Shown piece after piece: positions 12,404-24,785 of a stretch of 32,000 nt of DNA (position 1 is its first letter; each line of letters starts with the position of its first letter). The DNA comes from Zygophlyctis sp. KS116 (taxonomy: Eukaryota > Fungi > Chytridiomycota), in assembly GCA_054661495.1 (NCBI GenBank), contig BAAFSQ010000026.1:31835-63834 (forward strand), written 5' to 3'. The position numbers and the translations under genes were made by a program. Below the pieces are notes generated by a model that had not been told where the DNA came from, searched no databases, and saw only the letters and a list, made by a program, of their open reading frames with translations.

Positions 12404-12613
12404 TTTTTTCTGTTCAAGTGCGTGGAAACTCTTGTTCAAAGGGACTGTGTCTGATTTTACTGAATTTAATATCATCATTAATATCTAGTTTAATCGTTGA
12501 AGCTTCCACTTCCTGTATTCAGTAATTCACACTCAAAAACAAAGCATTTAACTTAAAATACATTCAAAAATTACGTTACCAACATAAACTAGGTACATGG
12601 TATCAAATCGAAG

Positions 12614-13292
12614 TTATATTCTCCATTTGAGCTGAGAAAACCAATAATCTTTACCGCCGACAGGATGATTTGCAATTCCGCAAAACAAATGCATTACACC
12701 AGTCAGCGTGACTGTCCCATCTTTATTCGCAATACCACTACGGATTTGTTCCACAGAAATGAGATCTATATGCTTACCACTGAATATTGCAATTTGAGTG
12801 CCGTCCAGCACTCGTAAAAATGATCGGGCCAGCTTTGAAGCTGAATTGGTTTCTGAATCAAAAGCTTCAAAATGTTGGTATTTCCCAGCTTTTGCATCGT
12901 CTTTACATTCTTTCGGTCCATTAGGAAGAAAATCAACATTCCGTAATTTACTGCGATCATATTCTCCTTTACTTATAATCCGTAATGAGTCAATGCCAAT
13001 GCACCGACAGCATCCAGCTTCTTACCTTTATATTCAATTCGTTTCTTCAAAATCATGCTGTTTTCATCAGACTTTGACCATATGGCTACTTTTTCTTTGG
13101 GACTGTAGGCGCTTTGAACTTTTTTGAACAGGGCTGTGTCCTCAGCGGTCTAAAGTGCAGCAATCTCTTGTCCATAGGTCTTCAAATTCCGATTTTAACG
13201 GCATGGCGTCGAAAAGCCGAGCTGTTATTGTAGATGCAGTACTAAATGGTTTAATAAGAAGAACAAATATAATCAAAATTTCTAATAATCAT
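12614..13292 (-). pseudogene. Probable degraded intronless gene of unknown family (possibly secreted)
   Basis: Protein-like segments in shifting frames: signal-like LLEILIIFVLLIKPFSTAS; NLKTYGQEIAAL*TAEDTALF...LTHYGL; then a ~135-codon open frame ending ...YWFSQLKWRI*. Needs one stop and about three frameshifts that no tiny intron explains. Confidence 0.4.
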
Positions 13293-13317
13293 TTAAATGG
13301 AAACTGATCAATATGTA

Positions 13318-14498
13318 TCATTTACCTGAATTTGAAATTGTGAATTCTTTGATTTCAGTCAAAAATGTAAACGTCCTTCCGCTCCAATCTTGTTCAAAGG
13401 GACTATGTCGGACTATTTTGACTTTAAAATCATCATTGATATGCAGTCCAATCTTTTTCATGACTTGATGTACGCTATTCACTACTTGTCCATCAATTTG
13501 ATAAATAATATCTCCCTTTAATATCCCTGCTAAATCAGCAGGGGATCCTTCTACTACTGATGTAATTAATGCTCCTTTCTGATCTGGATGTAACATGTAC
13601 GATTGAGACAATAAAGATCTATTATAATTGGTTAATGATACCATTTTAGCTCCAATTACCGGACGAATAATCTTTTTACCCTCTTTTAAATACTGGACGA
13701 TTGATAGAGCATCATTTATAGGAATGGCAAAACTAATTCCTTCTACGTCGGCCCGAGAGGTTAGAATACTATGATTATAAATACTTCTTACCCAATAACT
13801 TGTCCGTGAATATTAATTAGAGGACCTCCGGAATTCCCATGATGTACATTACAGTCTGTCTGAATATAATCTATCGGAGATTCATCATTTCCAATTTCTA
13901 TACTCTTCCTATTTGTAGAAGAAATAATACCAACAGACACGCTATGAAACAGTCCTAATGGGCTTCCAATTGCAAGCACCCAATCTCCCACTCTGGATTT
14001 AGTTTCTGATCCCAATCTTGCTTTTTTCCATACCTTTGAAGAATTAAGATCCAAAACTTTAATTAATGCAAGATCGCTTTGAAGATCCATTGAAAAACAA
14101 ACGCCTGTGAATTCTTCATTGTCCAATGTCGTAATTGTAATTATACCATCTTCTATAAAATCAGACACTACATGTGCATTAGTAAGTATGAGACCTGAAT
14201 CATCTATAACTATACCAGAGCCCGAAGAAAATAATTTAGTATTTGGATCCTTAGAAGATTGAACTCTAATATCAACAACAGAATCAATAACCATCTCTGC
14301 AGCATCTGCTATGAAATTACAATCTTTTTTGGTAGACATGAATCCCAAATTAGGATATGAATTATGATTTACAGTAGTATTAAATTCTTTTAAAATCCAT
14401 CCAGCGGCAAACGAAATTCCAATTATCGGACTAATTTTAGTAGTCAATGAAAGAGTCTTGGAAAGTAATTTAAAAATGTATGATCGATTGTAGCGCAT
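13318..14498 (-). CDS. HtrA/DegP-family serine protease with a single PDZ domain (HTRA2-like, probably mitochondrial)
   Basis: Catalytic TNAHV, SDLA, GNSGGPL; GISFAIP; PDZ (GSPADLAGILKGD). Intron 13769-13791 (23 nt). Basic N-terminal leader plus a hydrophobic segment. Confidence 0.9.
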
Positions 14499-14697
14499 TT
14501 AATTGAAATGAGTTTATTAGAAATGCTACTAAGGTACATCGGCCCCACACTTGCTCGTAAATTTTCCGCTATAAGAAAGTCGTATACACGGAAGCGGTGG
14601 GCGCCGCCTTCGCCGCCTAAACTTGAAATGTACCGTTCGGACAGAATTTTAATGAATTGGCGGCATCCGTCGGAATAGACCTCTGATTATTAAAAAT

Positions 14698-15744
14698 ATG
14701 GTTGCACTCTCTGCTCTATCAAGTTTGCTACAGTTCACTGATTTTTGGTCTTTAAATTTGAAAAATACAGCTGGACTTTCAAGCGCTGACTCATTTGGCT
14801 CTTCTGAAATGTGGGGAAGTGTTTCATTAATGTCCGGACTTAATTTTTCATTGGTTGCTGATCCTCTTACTACTATTAATGTAGATAAACAAGGAGATAT
14901 TATTCCCAATGAAATACAAGAGACGGTCTTACAGATAAATTATCCCAAAGGTACATACAGAAGTCCCGGTAATACTCTTGTAAATAATGGGACAATTGTT
15001 GGTGGTGCAGAGTTTTATGCCCGGCCTTTTGGAAATACTGGAGCTGTCCGAGCCCTCTTGGAGTATGATTTATTCTTTCCTTCAAACTTTCCTTTTAATC
15101 TGGGAGGAAAATTGCCTGGGCTTTATGGTGCGATGCAAGGAAAGACTCCTTCTGGATGTAGTGGAGGTAAGTCAGCAGATGGAATAAACTGCTGGTCAGC
15201 TCGTTATATGTGGAGATCATTTGGAGCAGGAGAGGTAAGTCTTTATGTTTAAAGAAAAAAGATTTATGCGTATCTTCCTCCTTCAGCAAAGGATAATCTG
15301 TGTAATAGTAGACTTTACCCCTTGAATATCTGTTCTGATCCAGAATATGGGCTATCACTGGGAAGAACAGCTTTTAAGTTTTCTACTGGAAGTTGGAATC
15401 GTCTAGCTCTACATATACAAGTTAATACACCAGGACAGTCTGATGGATTTATTCAATTTTACTTGAATGGAGAAAAAGTAATTGAAAATGTAAATGTTGT
15501 CTTTCGTGGATCAGTTCCAGCAAATTCGCTTTTAGTGACTGATATCTTCTTTAGCACATTTTTTGGAGGTTCTACACTTCCTTATGCAGCTCCAGCAGAT
15601 ACATTTACTTGTTTTAAGAATTTAAATCTCAGTGTAAGTAATACTCGTATGGACATTGGACCTTCTACTTCTAATGCAGATTACTATAGCTCTTTGGGTT
15701 TGATTGTGTATGTTATTTTGTCCGCAATATCATTGTATTTTTAA
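14698..15744 (+). CDS. Polysaccharide lyase family 14 (alginate/glucuronan lyase-like), possibly GPI-anchored
   Basis: GGKLPGLYG, CSGG, SARYMWR..GAGE|IYAYLP, YGLSLGR, IFFSTFFGGS. Intron 15235-15261 (27 nt). Hydrophobic C-terminus. Confidence 0.88.
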
Positions 15745-15772
15745 ATTAAATAAAGCCGCCATTAATATTTCC

Positions 15773-16788
<1,016 letters not shown>

Positions 16789-16790
16789 TT

Positions 16791-19097
16791 TTAAAGTTTT
16801 GATTTAGGCGTTTTGCCTTCCAATTCTCGATAAAGTCCATCAATGACTGATCGGTACATGTCGCTTGCATCGTTTCGCTTCAATTTAAAAGTTGGGGTCA
16901 ATAACCCATTATCAATCGAGAAAAATGTAGGCTCAAGATGAATCGCCCGGACAAACTCAAAACTACGAAATTAGTTGAAAAAACAAATTACCCGCGCAAT
17001 TTATCGGCTTTCCCCAGTTTTTCCAGGTCGGCAAATACTGCATTCTTGAATTCAGGAAGACTGCATAGTTTTAAAATACCAGGATGAGGAGGTTCGCCTG
17101 GTGGTGGGGGAGTTACACCTGGTGGCATATCTGCACCAAGGAAACCATGCGATTTTCCCCATTGAACACAATATTCAGGATCTGGTACAACAATTGCAAC
17201 TAATTGACTCTAAATATTAGTTATAGAGAAAAATACCTGGAGACTGTCACCGTGGACATAAATTTGAGCAACAAAATTACTTTTTGTGTACGTATTTTCG
17301 ATTTTATCAGGGGCTACATATTCTGAAATAATCTCAAAAATTAAATCTTACCTCTAAAATGTTAAAATGAAATTTAAATTACCCTTGAGAAAGTTTAAAA
17401 ATATTCTTTTTTCTGTCAATAATCGAGAGTCTACCAGCTGCATCAATACTTCCAATATCTCCTGTCAATAACCATCCATCAGGGGTAACTGTTTCAGCAG
17501 TTTTCGCGGGATCTTTGTAGTATCCTGCAAACACATTGGGCCCACGAATGCAAATCTCACCCTTACCATCAGTTGCCATATATCTCATTTCAGGGACTGA
17601 ATTTAATTTCAGTTCCGAACTTAGATTATTGTTTTCTGTTACTTACCAAGTTAAAACTGGGCCAACATGTCCTTTAGAATAATCTCCCATAACAGTCATG
17701 GAAAATCCACCACAGCACTCTGTTTGACCATATGCCTCTAAAACTTCACAGCTAAAAACAGCTCGTAAAAATGTTAGTATGTATGGAGAAATAGGAGCGG
17801 ATGCAGTAATTATACAACGCACTCTACTGCCAAGGACAGCCTGGATTTTCCCAAAAACGAGACGGTCCCAAAACATATGGGTTAAATGTTTTCCATTTTC
17901 CAAATTTGCCAATTTTGAAGCGAGAGCTGTTTGAAACAATTGCTGTTTAATAGCAGAAGAAGCAGCTATTTGATTTGTAATCTTATCATAGATTCTATTT
18001 AGTAATCTTGGCACAGATATGAAAATCGTAGGTCTAAGATTCTGGATATCTTCAATTAATAGAGTCACTTTAAATTAAAATATTATCGGTACCATCTCCC
18101 CTAAAAAACCCAGCAGAAGCTCCCTTTGTAAGAATTCCCAAGAGTACAACTCTTTCGAATACATGAGCCAAAGGGAGATAAGAAATGTGAACATCTTTTG
18201 CCATAATTTCTACTTGATAATCTGCAGCTCTTTGAACCGCCACCATATTCCCATGAGTCAGCATTGCTCCTTTTGGATTTCCAGTTGTTCCTAGTATAAA
18301 ATTTAGAATTTAATACCACTTGTATAACAAATGCAAAACAAATCACTAGCTTTTGGAAGTCTCGTTGGAATTTTGTAATTTCTTCCAAAATCTTCAACTT
18401 GATCAAAAGAAAAAACATCAACTCCTTTCTCTGCTGCCCATTCTTTATAAACTTTTAAAGGAGCAACATTAGATCCAGACATTGAAGGAAAATTATCCTG
18501 GATGACAATAATTGCCTTTAGCTTTGGACATTTTGGAATTAATCCTAGTGTTAGCCCAACCTTGTCTAAAGTAGTAACTAGTATAGAAATTTGAGCATGA
18601 TTTATAATAAATTCGGCCGCTTCTGAACCCAATGTATCATAAAGTGCCACAGTTACATTTGAGAATATTTGAGCCCCAAAATCCGCAATCACCCATTCTG
18701 TCCTATTTTGAGAATAAATTCCTAAATGCCATTTTTCCTGTTCTGACAATTTCAATACTACATTATGAACGTATTGCAATCCACGCCCAAAATCCAATCT
18801 CCTTGCAGCAATTTGAGAATAAGTCTCCCAAATATATCCAGACCAAGCAGTAACTTTGCCAGTCTTTGAATCAAATTGAGCGTTTCTTTTTGCCAAGCAT
18901 GGGGCATCTGGATTTAGTGATAATCCTCTCTCAAACAAATCTACGACTGTTGTATGATTAGGATAATCTTTTAGCAATTCATCAGGAGAAAGTACTGAGC
19001 GATAAACTCCGGTTTCATTTGCATTAGCGGTCCCTTTTTCCTTTGCATAAATTGCTAAAGACTTTAATTTCTCAACACTAGCATTCAATTCGATCAT
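16791..19097 (-). CDS. Long-chain fatty acyl-CoA synthetase, peroxisomal (C-terminal SKL)
   Basis: [57 protein letters not shown], ends PKSKL*. Seven introns: 18291-18316, 18068-18092, 17620-17646, 17354-17382, 17323-17351, 17210-17236, 16963-16991. Confidence 0.93.
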
Positions 19098-19135
19098 TTT
19101 CAACGCGAAAACGCAAAACGCGAAGTTTGGCGTCG
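19098..19135 (-). promoter_or_regulatory. CGCG/TTTTGCG-rich element immediately upstream of the acyl-CoA synthetase ATG
   Basis: Minus strand reads ttcgcgttttgcgttttcgcgttgaaaATG; shares an 18-mer with 28695-28712. Confidence 0.5.
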
Positions 19136-19289
19136 AATTGAGTAGTTTGCACCAATTTGGCTGATATATTCCTTGTTGATTCATTCAATGCATTCAATGA
19201 TCCATGAAATGTATGGCGTACTATCTATTTAGTTTTAATACTGTTATTTAGTAACAATCGCATTTAGGGGTAACCATTGTTTCACGCAA

Positions 19290-20498
19290 ATGTTGATCTC
19301 CTTGTTCTTGCTTGTACAAGTCTCTTGCCAGGTCTTTAAATTAGAGAAAATCATTCATTCCGCTTACTCTGAAAAGGATGGAAGAGTCGGCCTAAAGTCT
19401 TTTGAACTCAAGTCTCTAGAAATGAATGAACAGATTGACTTTTCAGTGGAAATTCCAATGGAAAAGTTGCATTTAAATACAATGTATCAGCCGCTCAAAT
19501 TAAGTCCGAAAGATCCAAATCATGTCTTGGCTCTTGCTAAAATGACTTTAAATTCTTACTATGAGCCTTCAGACTCTAAATGGGTTTCAATTCCAGGTTG
19601 GGAAGTAGATTATTCTTTTGGATGGACTTATTCTGGGATAAGAGGTTATGTTTTTTCATCAGGGGAAATTCAAGTGATTGTTATTAAAGGGACTTCTTTA
19701 TCTACTCCGATCGGATCAGGTCCAACTGCTGCTCAAGATAAGTTTAATGACAATATGATGTTCTCTTGCTGTTGTGCTAAAGGAGGGTATTTTTAGAAAA
19801 ATTAATGTTAAAGATGGGAATGGACGCCGATTTGCGAGTGCCCTCAAACGTCTTCTACGTGTTCAGTCTCATGTCTGCTAAGGCAATCGAATTTTGATGC
19901 ATCTTACTATAATTTAGCTCAAACAATTTATCTTGCTGTTAAAGAATGGAGTCCAGGAGTTTCAATATATCTGACTGGACATTCTCTAGGAGGAGCATTG
20001 GCTTCTTTAGGTAATTAAAACCTCTTAAAATTATAGTCGCTTTAACAAACAAACTACCTGCTTTTGCATTTGAAGCGCCAGGAGATTTAATGTATGCTTC
20101 TAGAATAGGATTATTACCAGAATTACCAGTTCCAGGTAATAGTAAACCAAACTATACAGATTTTCTTTCATCTCTTGAAATTTACCATTTTGGAAATGTA
20201 GATGATCCTATTTATATGGGTATTTTCATGAAATTTTATAGTAGGAACATGTCATGGAATTTCATCTTCTTGTTATTGGTTTGATTATGCTTTGGAAAGT
20301 CAGTGTCATACTGGATATGAATGCACGTATTCAAAGTCTTTAAAGGACACGGTTGATTCGGAATTGTCTAGTATAAAATATCATTCAATTGAATGGGTGA
20401 TTAAGAATTATTTAGAAAATGCATCATCAGTTCCAGAATGTAAAGTCAATCTGGAATGTATGGAAAAGGAATGTTCCTCTTGGACTTGGGTTGACTGA
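19290..20498 (+). CDS. ATG15: Atg15-like class 3 lipase
   Basis: GIRGYVF, IKGTS, DKFNDNMMFSCCCA, GHSLGG, FEAPGD, DPIYMG|TC, ESQCHTG. Introns 19787-19813, 20011-20036, 20220-20244. Confidence 0.88.
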
Positions 20499-20535
20499 CC
20501 GTTTAAAGATTAGGTGTGACTAGTAAATAAAGGCC

Positions 20536-21529
20536 ATGATCTGGTCCATTGTACTTTTAATTTGTCAAATTGTCGGATTTCTGAGTCTTTTTACTTATGC
20601 AATAACTCTATTGTCGCAATCGTTTTTGGGATTTTGGGAACAGAATTTAGCTAGAAAGTATGGAGCAAAGTGGGCTCTGGTGACTGGAGGATCCAGTGGG
20701 ATCGGATATGCAATCGTACAAAAGCTGGCTTCTCAAGGGATTAATACTGTGATTGTTGCCTACCCTGATAGACTGCTGACTGGTAATTGCGGTTGCATTG
20801 ACTCTAGAGAAAATGGCGGCTCTCAAGCTTCAGTTTCCATTGGTTGAATTTAGATCGGTTGGACTAGATCTATCAAAGGATGATGCAATTGAAAAGATTA
20901 TAAGTGAAACTAGTGATCTAAGTATCAATTTGGTTTTCAATAATGCTGGCTATATAAAACCTGGACTGTTTGCTTCTTTGCCGATTGATGTGATAATGTC
21001 AAATTATCATACAAATGCAACAATTAATATTAAAATAACTCATCATTTTTTGAACCGGATCATGGAACGAAAGGAAAAAGGTTTGATTTGCTTTACTGGA
21101 TCTTCTGGTGGTTTTATTCCTGGTCCAATGTCTTCAATATACTCTTCTACTAAATCTTGGATGACTAATTTTGCTGCTAGTTTGGCTGCTGAAACTGCTG
21201 AAGATGGGATTGATGTTCTTTGTATTCATCCGTCTCCAATCGCTTCTAATTTTTATGATAACGCTTCAAGTAAATTTAATGAAATTAATATAATAGATAT
21301 GAGTGCATTAGAAATGGTCAAAAAGATTGCTGCCTCACCTGAAGTTATTGCATCAACAGCTTTTAAATTAGCAGGTAAAACTACTATTGTAGATCAAGGA
21401 ATGACTTCTATGGCTTTTAAAATCATTCTTAAAATGTTGGATTGGAATTTATTAGCTGAAATTATGGTTCGGGCTGTGAGACATAATGATGATTATAAAA
21501 TGTTTAAGAGTCGTTCAAAGGTTGAATAA
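20536..21529 (+). CDS. Membrane-anchored short-chain dehydrogenase (17beta-HSD/3-ketoacyl-CoA reductase-like)
   Basis: N-terminal TM, KYGAKWALVTGGSSGIG, NNAG, YSSTK (YxxxK). Intron 20783-20807 and a probable in-frame intron 21270-21296. Confidence 0.88.
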
Positions 21530-21573
21530 AGTAAAGTCTAAATATTTCTTGTTTCTCTAGTAAAACCAATGCT

Positions 21574-22748
21574 TTAAAGAATTAAATCAGATACATAATT
21601 GATAAACTGACCCATCAAGACTCGTAATCTATCGTGTCTTGGAATGAGTAGAGGTCTTTTTAAAGAGGGAATACTATGATGATCCAATGCCACATCTTCT
21701 GGAATTTCCATTACCCATTCATCTCTTTTAAAATGTTTTGTCCGTAAAGTCCCACTCGGTGAGGTAGGAAATCTACAAGGGATAAATAGCTGATCTTTTC
21801 TTAATTCGGACGTTGGTGATTCTCCGGAATGAATGAATGCCAGAGATTTGAAATATGAAAGTGACTCTTTTTCTATGGATTTATCAACAGTTTGAGTTGC
21901 TGCTGAATGAGAGTCGACTTTGTCTCCAATAGTTTGAGTATGTACATGATCAAACGTTTTCTTTGGTAAATTTTCAAAGTTTGACAATTGCTGAGATAGT
22001 TTTAAAGATTCATCAAGATCTTTTCTAAGAGAATCTTCTCTAATTTTTGATTCTGCTAGACAATTTTCAATCTCTATAGTCTTTTCTATCAGATTCGTAT
22101 TTTCAGCCTCAATAATCTGTATCTTGATTTTTAAATCGGAACAAATTCCCTTTTCTTCTTTCTGGATAAATCCCTTATTGGCAGATGATAACACAATCTG
22201 TTGTTTCAACGCATTCATTTCTCGCATACAAACTTCTAAATCCCTCGTCAACTTTTGATTATTCCTATTAGATTGAGCCAACTGCCTTATTATTAATTCT
22301 AGCTCCTGCGATATTTCATGATTGCTTTTTTCCAAAGATTCTACGTAATCGGACATGTTAAAGGACTGTAGTTTTTTTGGAGACGGTGAGAGTGGCGAGT
22401 ACATTCTAGACTGAGCTTTTATAGGGGTTGTTGGAATAGATGAGTTTCGACTTTTGAATGGAGAATCGTTAATGATGTCCGAAGGCGTGTTTGGATTTAG
22501 AAGCTCATCATATGCATGCCTCAGATGCTGATTAGCCTGTAGTAGCTGCTGTCCTATTTCAGCAGCAATAACTAAATCTAATATTAAATGATGTTTTCTT
22601 TACCTTTAGAGTTATTTTGTAACTCTTTTTCTGAGAGTTTAAGTCGTTCTATAAGTTCCTCACGGGATAAGATAGACAAATCATTTTCAGGCTCATATTT
22701 AAAACAAGGCTGGAAATTAGCCATAGCTTGAAATGCATCAATATCCAT
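21574..22748 (-). CDS. Coiled-coil protein with N-terminal CC1-box-like motif (DLVIAAEIGQQLL)
   Basis: ATG 22748 MDIDAFQAM...; intron 22578-22603 (26 nt) joins in frame to ORF 21574-22404. Heptad-rich segments. Confidence 0.75.
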
Positions 22749-22824
22749 TCTTCATTAAAAATTAAACAATAAATTGCCGATAAGTAACTTTCTATCCAGT
22801 CCAAAATCTTGAATTCTCTATTTA

Positions 22825-23995
22825 TTAGTCATATATTCCAAAATTACCATCAGGGCATTCAATAACGAATTCAGATGATAGGTTAATGGGAGCCTTTTGA
22901 TCTTGAGGCTTAAACATATTATTCCAAATCTGTGATCCTGCTTTATTATGTGCTTTGACTGAAGGATGAAAACAATCTACTCCAGAAATCATGTCTATGG
23001 TTCCATATGAAATATTTGAATGTCCTAAAGAAGGATCATAAACAACGGTAAAGTCATCATAATTTCTACCCTGATAATCTTTAGCAATTTCTTCTAATTT
23101 AAGATTATAAGCAGCAGCCAGTTCATCCATTTTTTGTTTACCTTGATCACCAACAACTTTTTCAGAGTTACAAATGCACGTTAATGGAAATTTTGAATCG
23201 AAAATTCCTCTACAATCTGGAAATTTTCTTGCCATTTCTTCTTGTTTACTGATATTAAAAGGACCCACAATTGTTATGAATATTTTTGAGTATCTTGCTC
23301 TTACTTCCTCTATTAGATTTCTAATTTGATAATCAAAATGTTTAACAGAGAATTCCAAAGCTTGAGTTAATTTAAGACAACCAGAACAAACATTATTAAA
23401 TCCAAATTCCATAAAGAGTAATTTCCAAGGATTTACCATTGATTTAGGAATAAAATCATTATAAAATGTGTCCAGGTAGTTTAATTGATTAAAAGTATTG
23501 TATAAAGTTGTCCAAGATCCAGACTGAGCCGCATTTAGACCCATTATTGAAGGTTCATAAGGAAACTTTCCACCTGCAGGACAAACAGGACCATAACAGT
23601 ACAAAAAAGAGCTGTTTCCTCTAGATAGACCCGACAATGACGGATTATAATGCGATATAATTGATCCTACAGAAGAAGAGTCCGGATCTGCACCAGTTAT
23701 CCAGTTCGCACCCCTAAACTCTGTACTAGAATGAGTCCCTGGCAAAAGTCCCAAATCAAGAGGAGTTATTTTGTGTGGGGCTCTAGAATTCAGTCCTGCA
23801 GTCAATGAATCGCCCATTGCCATGATGACCTTTTATAAGAATTAAAAAATTTACTTGAATATCATCAGGCCTTAAATCTCTAATATTCTTCGGACCTTGA
23901 TCTCTCGGCTTCAATGGCGGACATTTCCGATAATGGTCAACAATGACAACATCACACAAGACAATATTGAATAGTAATATCAAATATAACATCAT
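22825..23995 (-). CDS. Secreted SGNH/GDSL lipase, phospholipase B1-like
   Basis: Signal peptide; DLRPDDIQ|VIMAMGDSLTAG, LNAAQSG, WKLL, DCFHPS..AH. Intron 23830-23854 (25 nt). Confidence 0.9.
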
Positions 23996-24162
23996 TTCTT
24001 ATCAATCTTTTGTTCAATTACAGTAGGGTTTACACAAGGTTTTCAACACTGATGTAGTTCAGTCATTAAAGTAACTAGGCCAATGGGATGGTCAATTCAA
24101 TCCTTTATAATCTCCAATGGGGCATTTTAGATTAGAAAAATATCTTTTTGGTTTAAAAAAAA

Positions 24163-24709
24163 CTAGTCTTCCCGAGGTCTACTTTCTCGATTTCTTCGTT
24201 CACCACGTCTTTCATCGCCACCACGATCTCCTCTATCATCTCTACGATAATCTCGGTCACCACGATCAGCACGATCTCCTCGATCATAATCACGACGTTC
24301 TCCTAATTATAATTATAATTATTATAAATACCTCGACGACCTCCATCTCTACGGTCTCCTCTGTCAAAGTCTCTTCTTCCTCCTCTTTCAGATCTATCAC
24401 CTCTTCCCTTGTCTGAAGCCATATCTAAAATTTAAATTTACTTTTTAAAAATTACCACATCTGATAACTCTTCCATCCAAATCAGTATCGGACATTTCCT
24501 TTATAGCTTTAGCAGCACTTTCTTCATCTTCAAACATGACGAATCCAAATCCTCTAGATCTTCCTGAACATAAAATTTAAAATAAAAGTACCAGTTTCAC
24601 GATCAGATATGATGTTAGCAGAGACAAGAGTTCCAAAAGGTTCGAATGCTTTTTTTAAGGATTCATCAGTTGTATCCCATGAGAGTCCTCCTACAAATAC
24701 TTTTGCCAT
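24163..24709 (-). CDS. RRM RNA-binding protein with R/G/D-rich tail (glycine-rich/CIRBP-like)
   Basis: MAKVFVGGLSW (RNP2), DRETG|RSRGFGFV (RNP1), RGD/RRD-rich tail. Introns 24564-24591, 24425-24455, 24303-24331. Missed by the ORF track. Confidence 0.9.
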
Positions 24710-24785
24710 TTTTTCTTTTTGCAGAGTCTAGGAATGCAATGTAGGCTCTAATTTAGACGCAGTAAAAGTCAAAATTGCACTTACA

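Noticed and set aside
12404-12478. N-terminal extension of MEU1 from 12478
   Set aside because: Family homology starts at IAVIGGSG, and ATG 12403 has a strong A-rich context.
17323-17382. A single 60-nt intron or zero-length recursive splice in the acyl-CoA synthetase
   Set aside because: Both give CAA GGA ATA T..., a frameshift that destroys the GEYVAP motif and the C-terminal domain.
19098-19184. N-terminal extension of the acyl-CoA synthetase from ATG 19184
   Set aside because: It runs through the CGCG element shared with the RVS161 upstream region; ATG 19097 has the aaaATG context seen at other genes. Not fully excluded.
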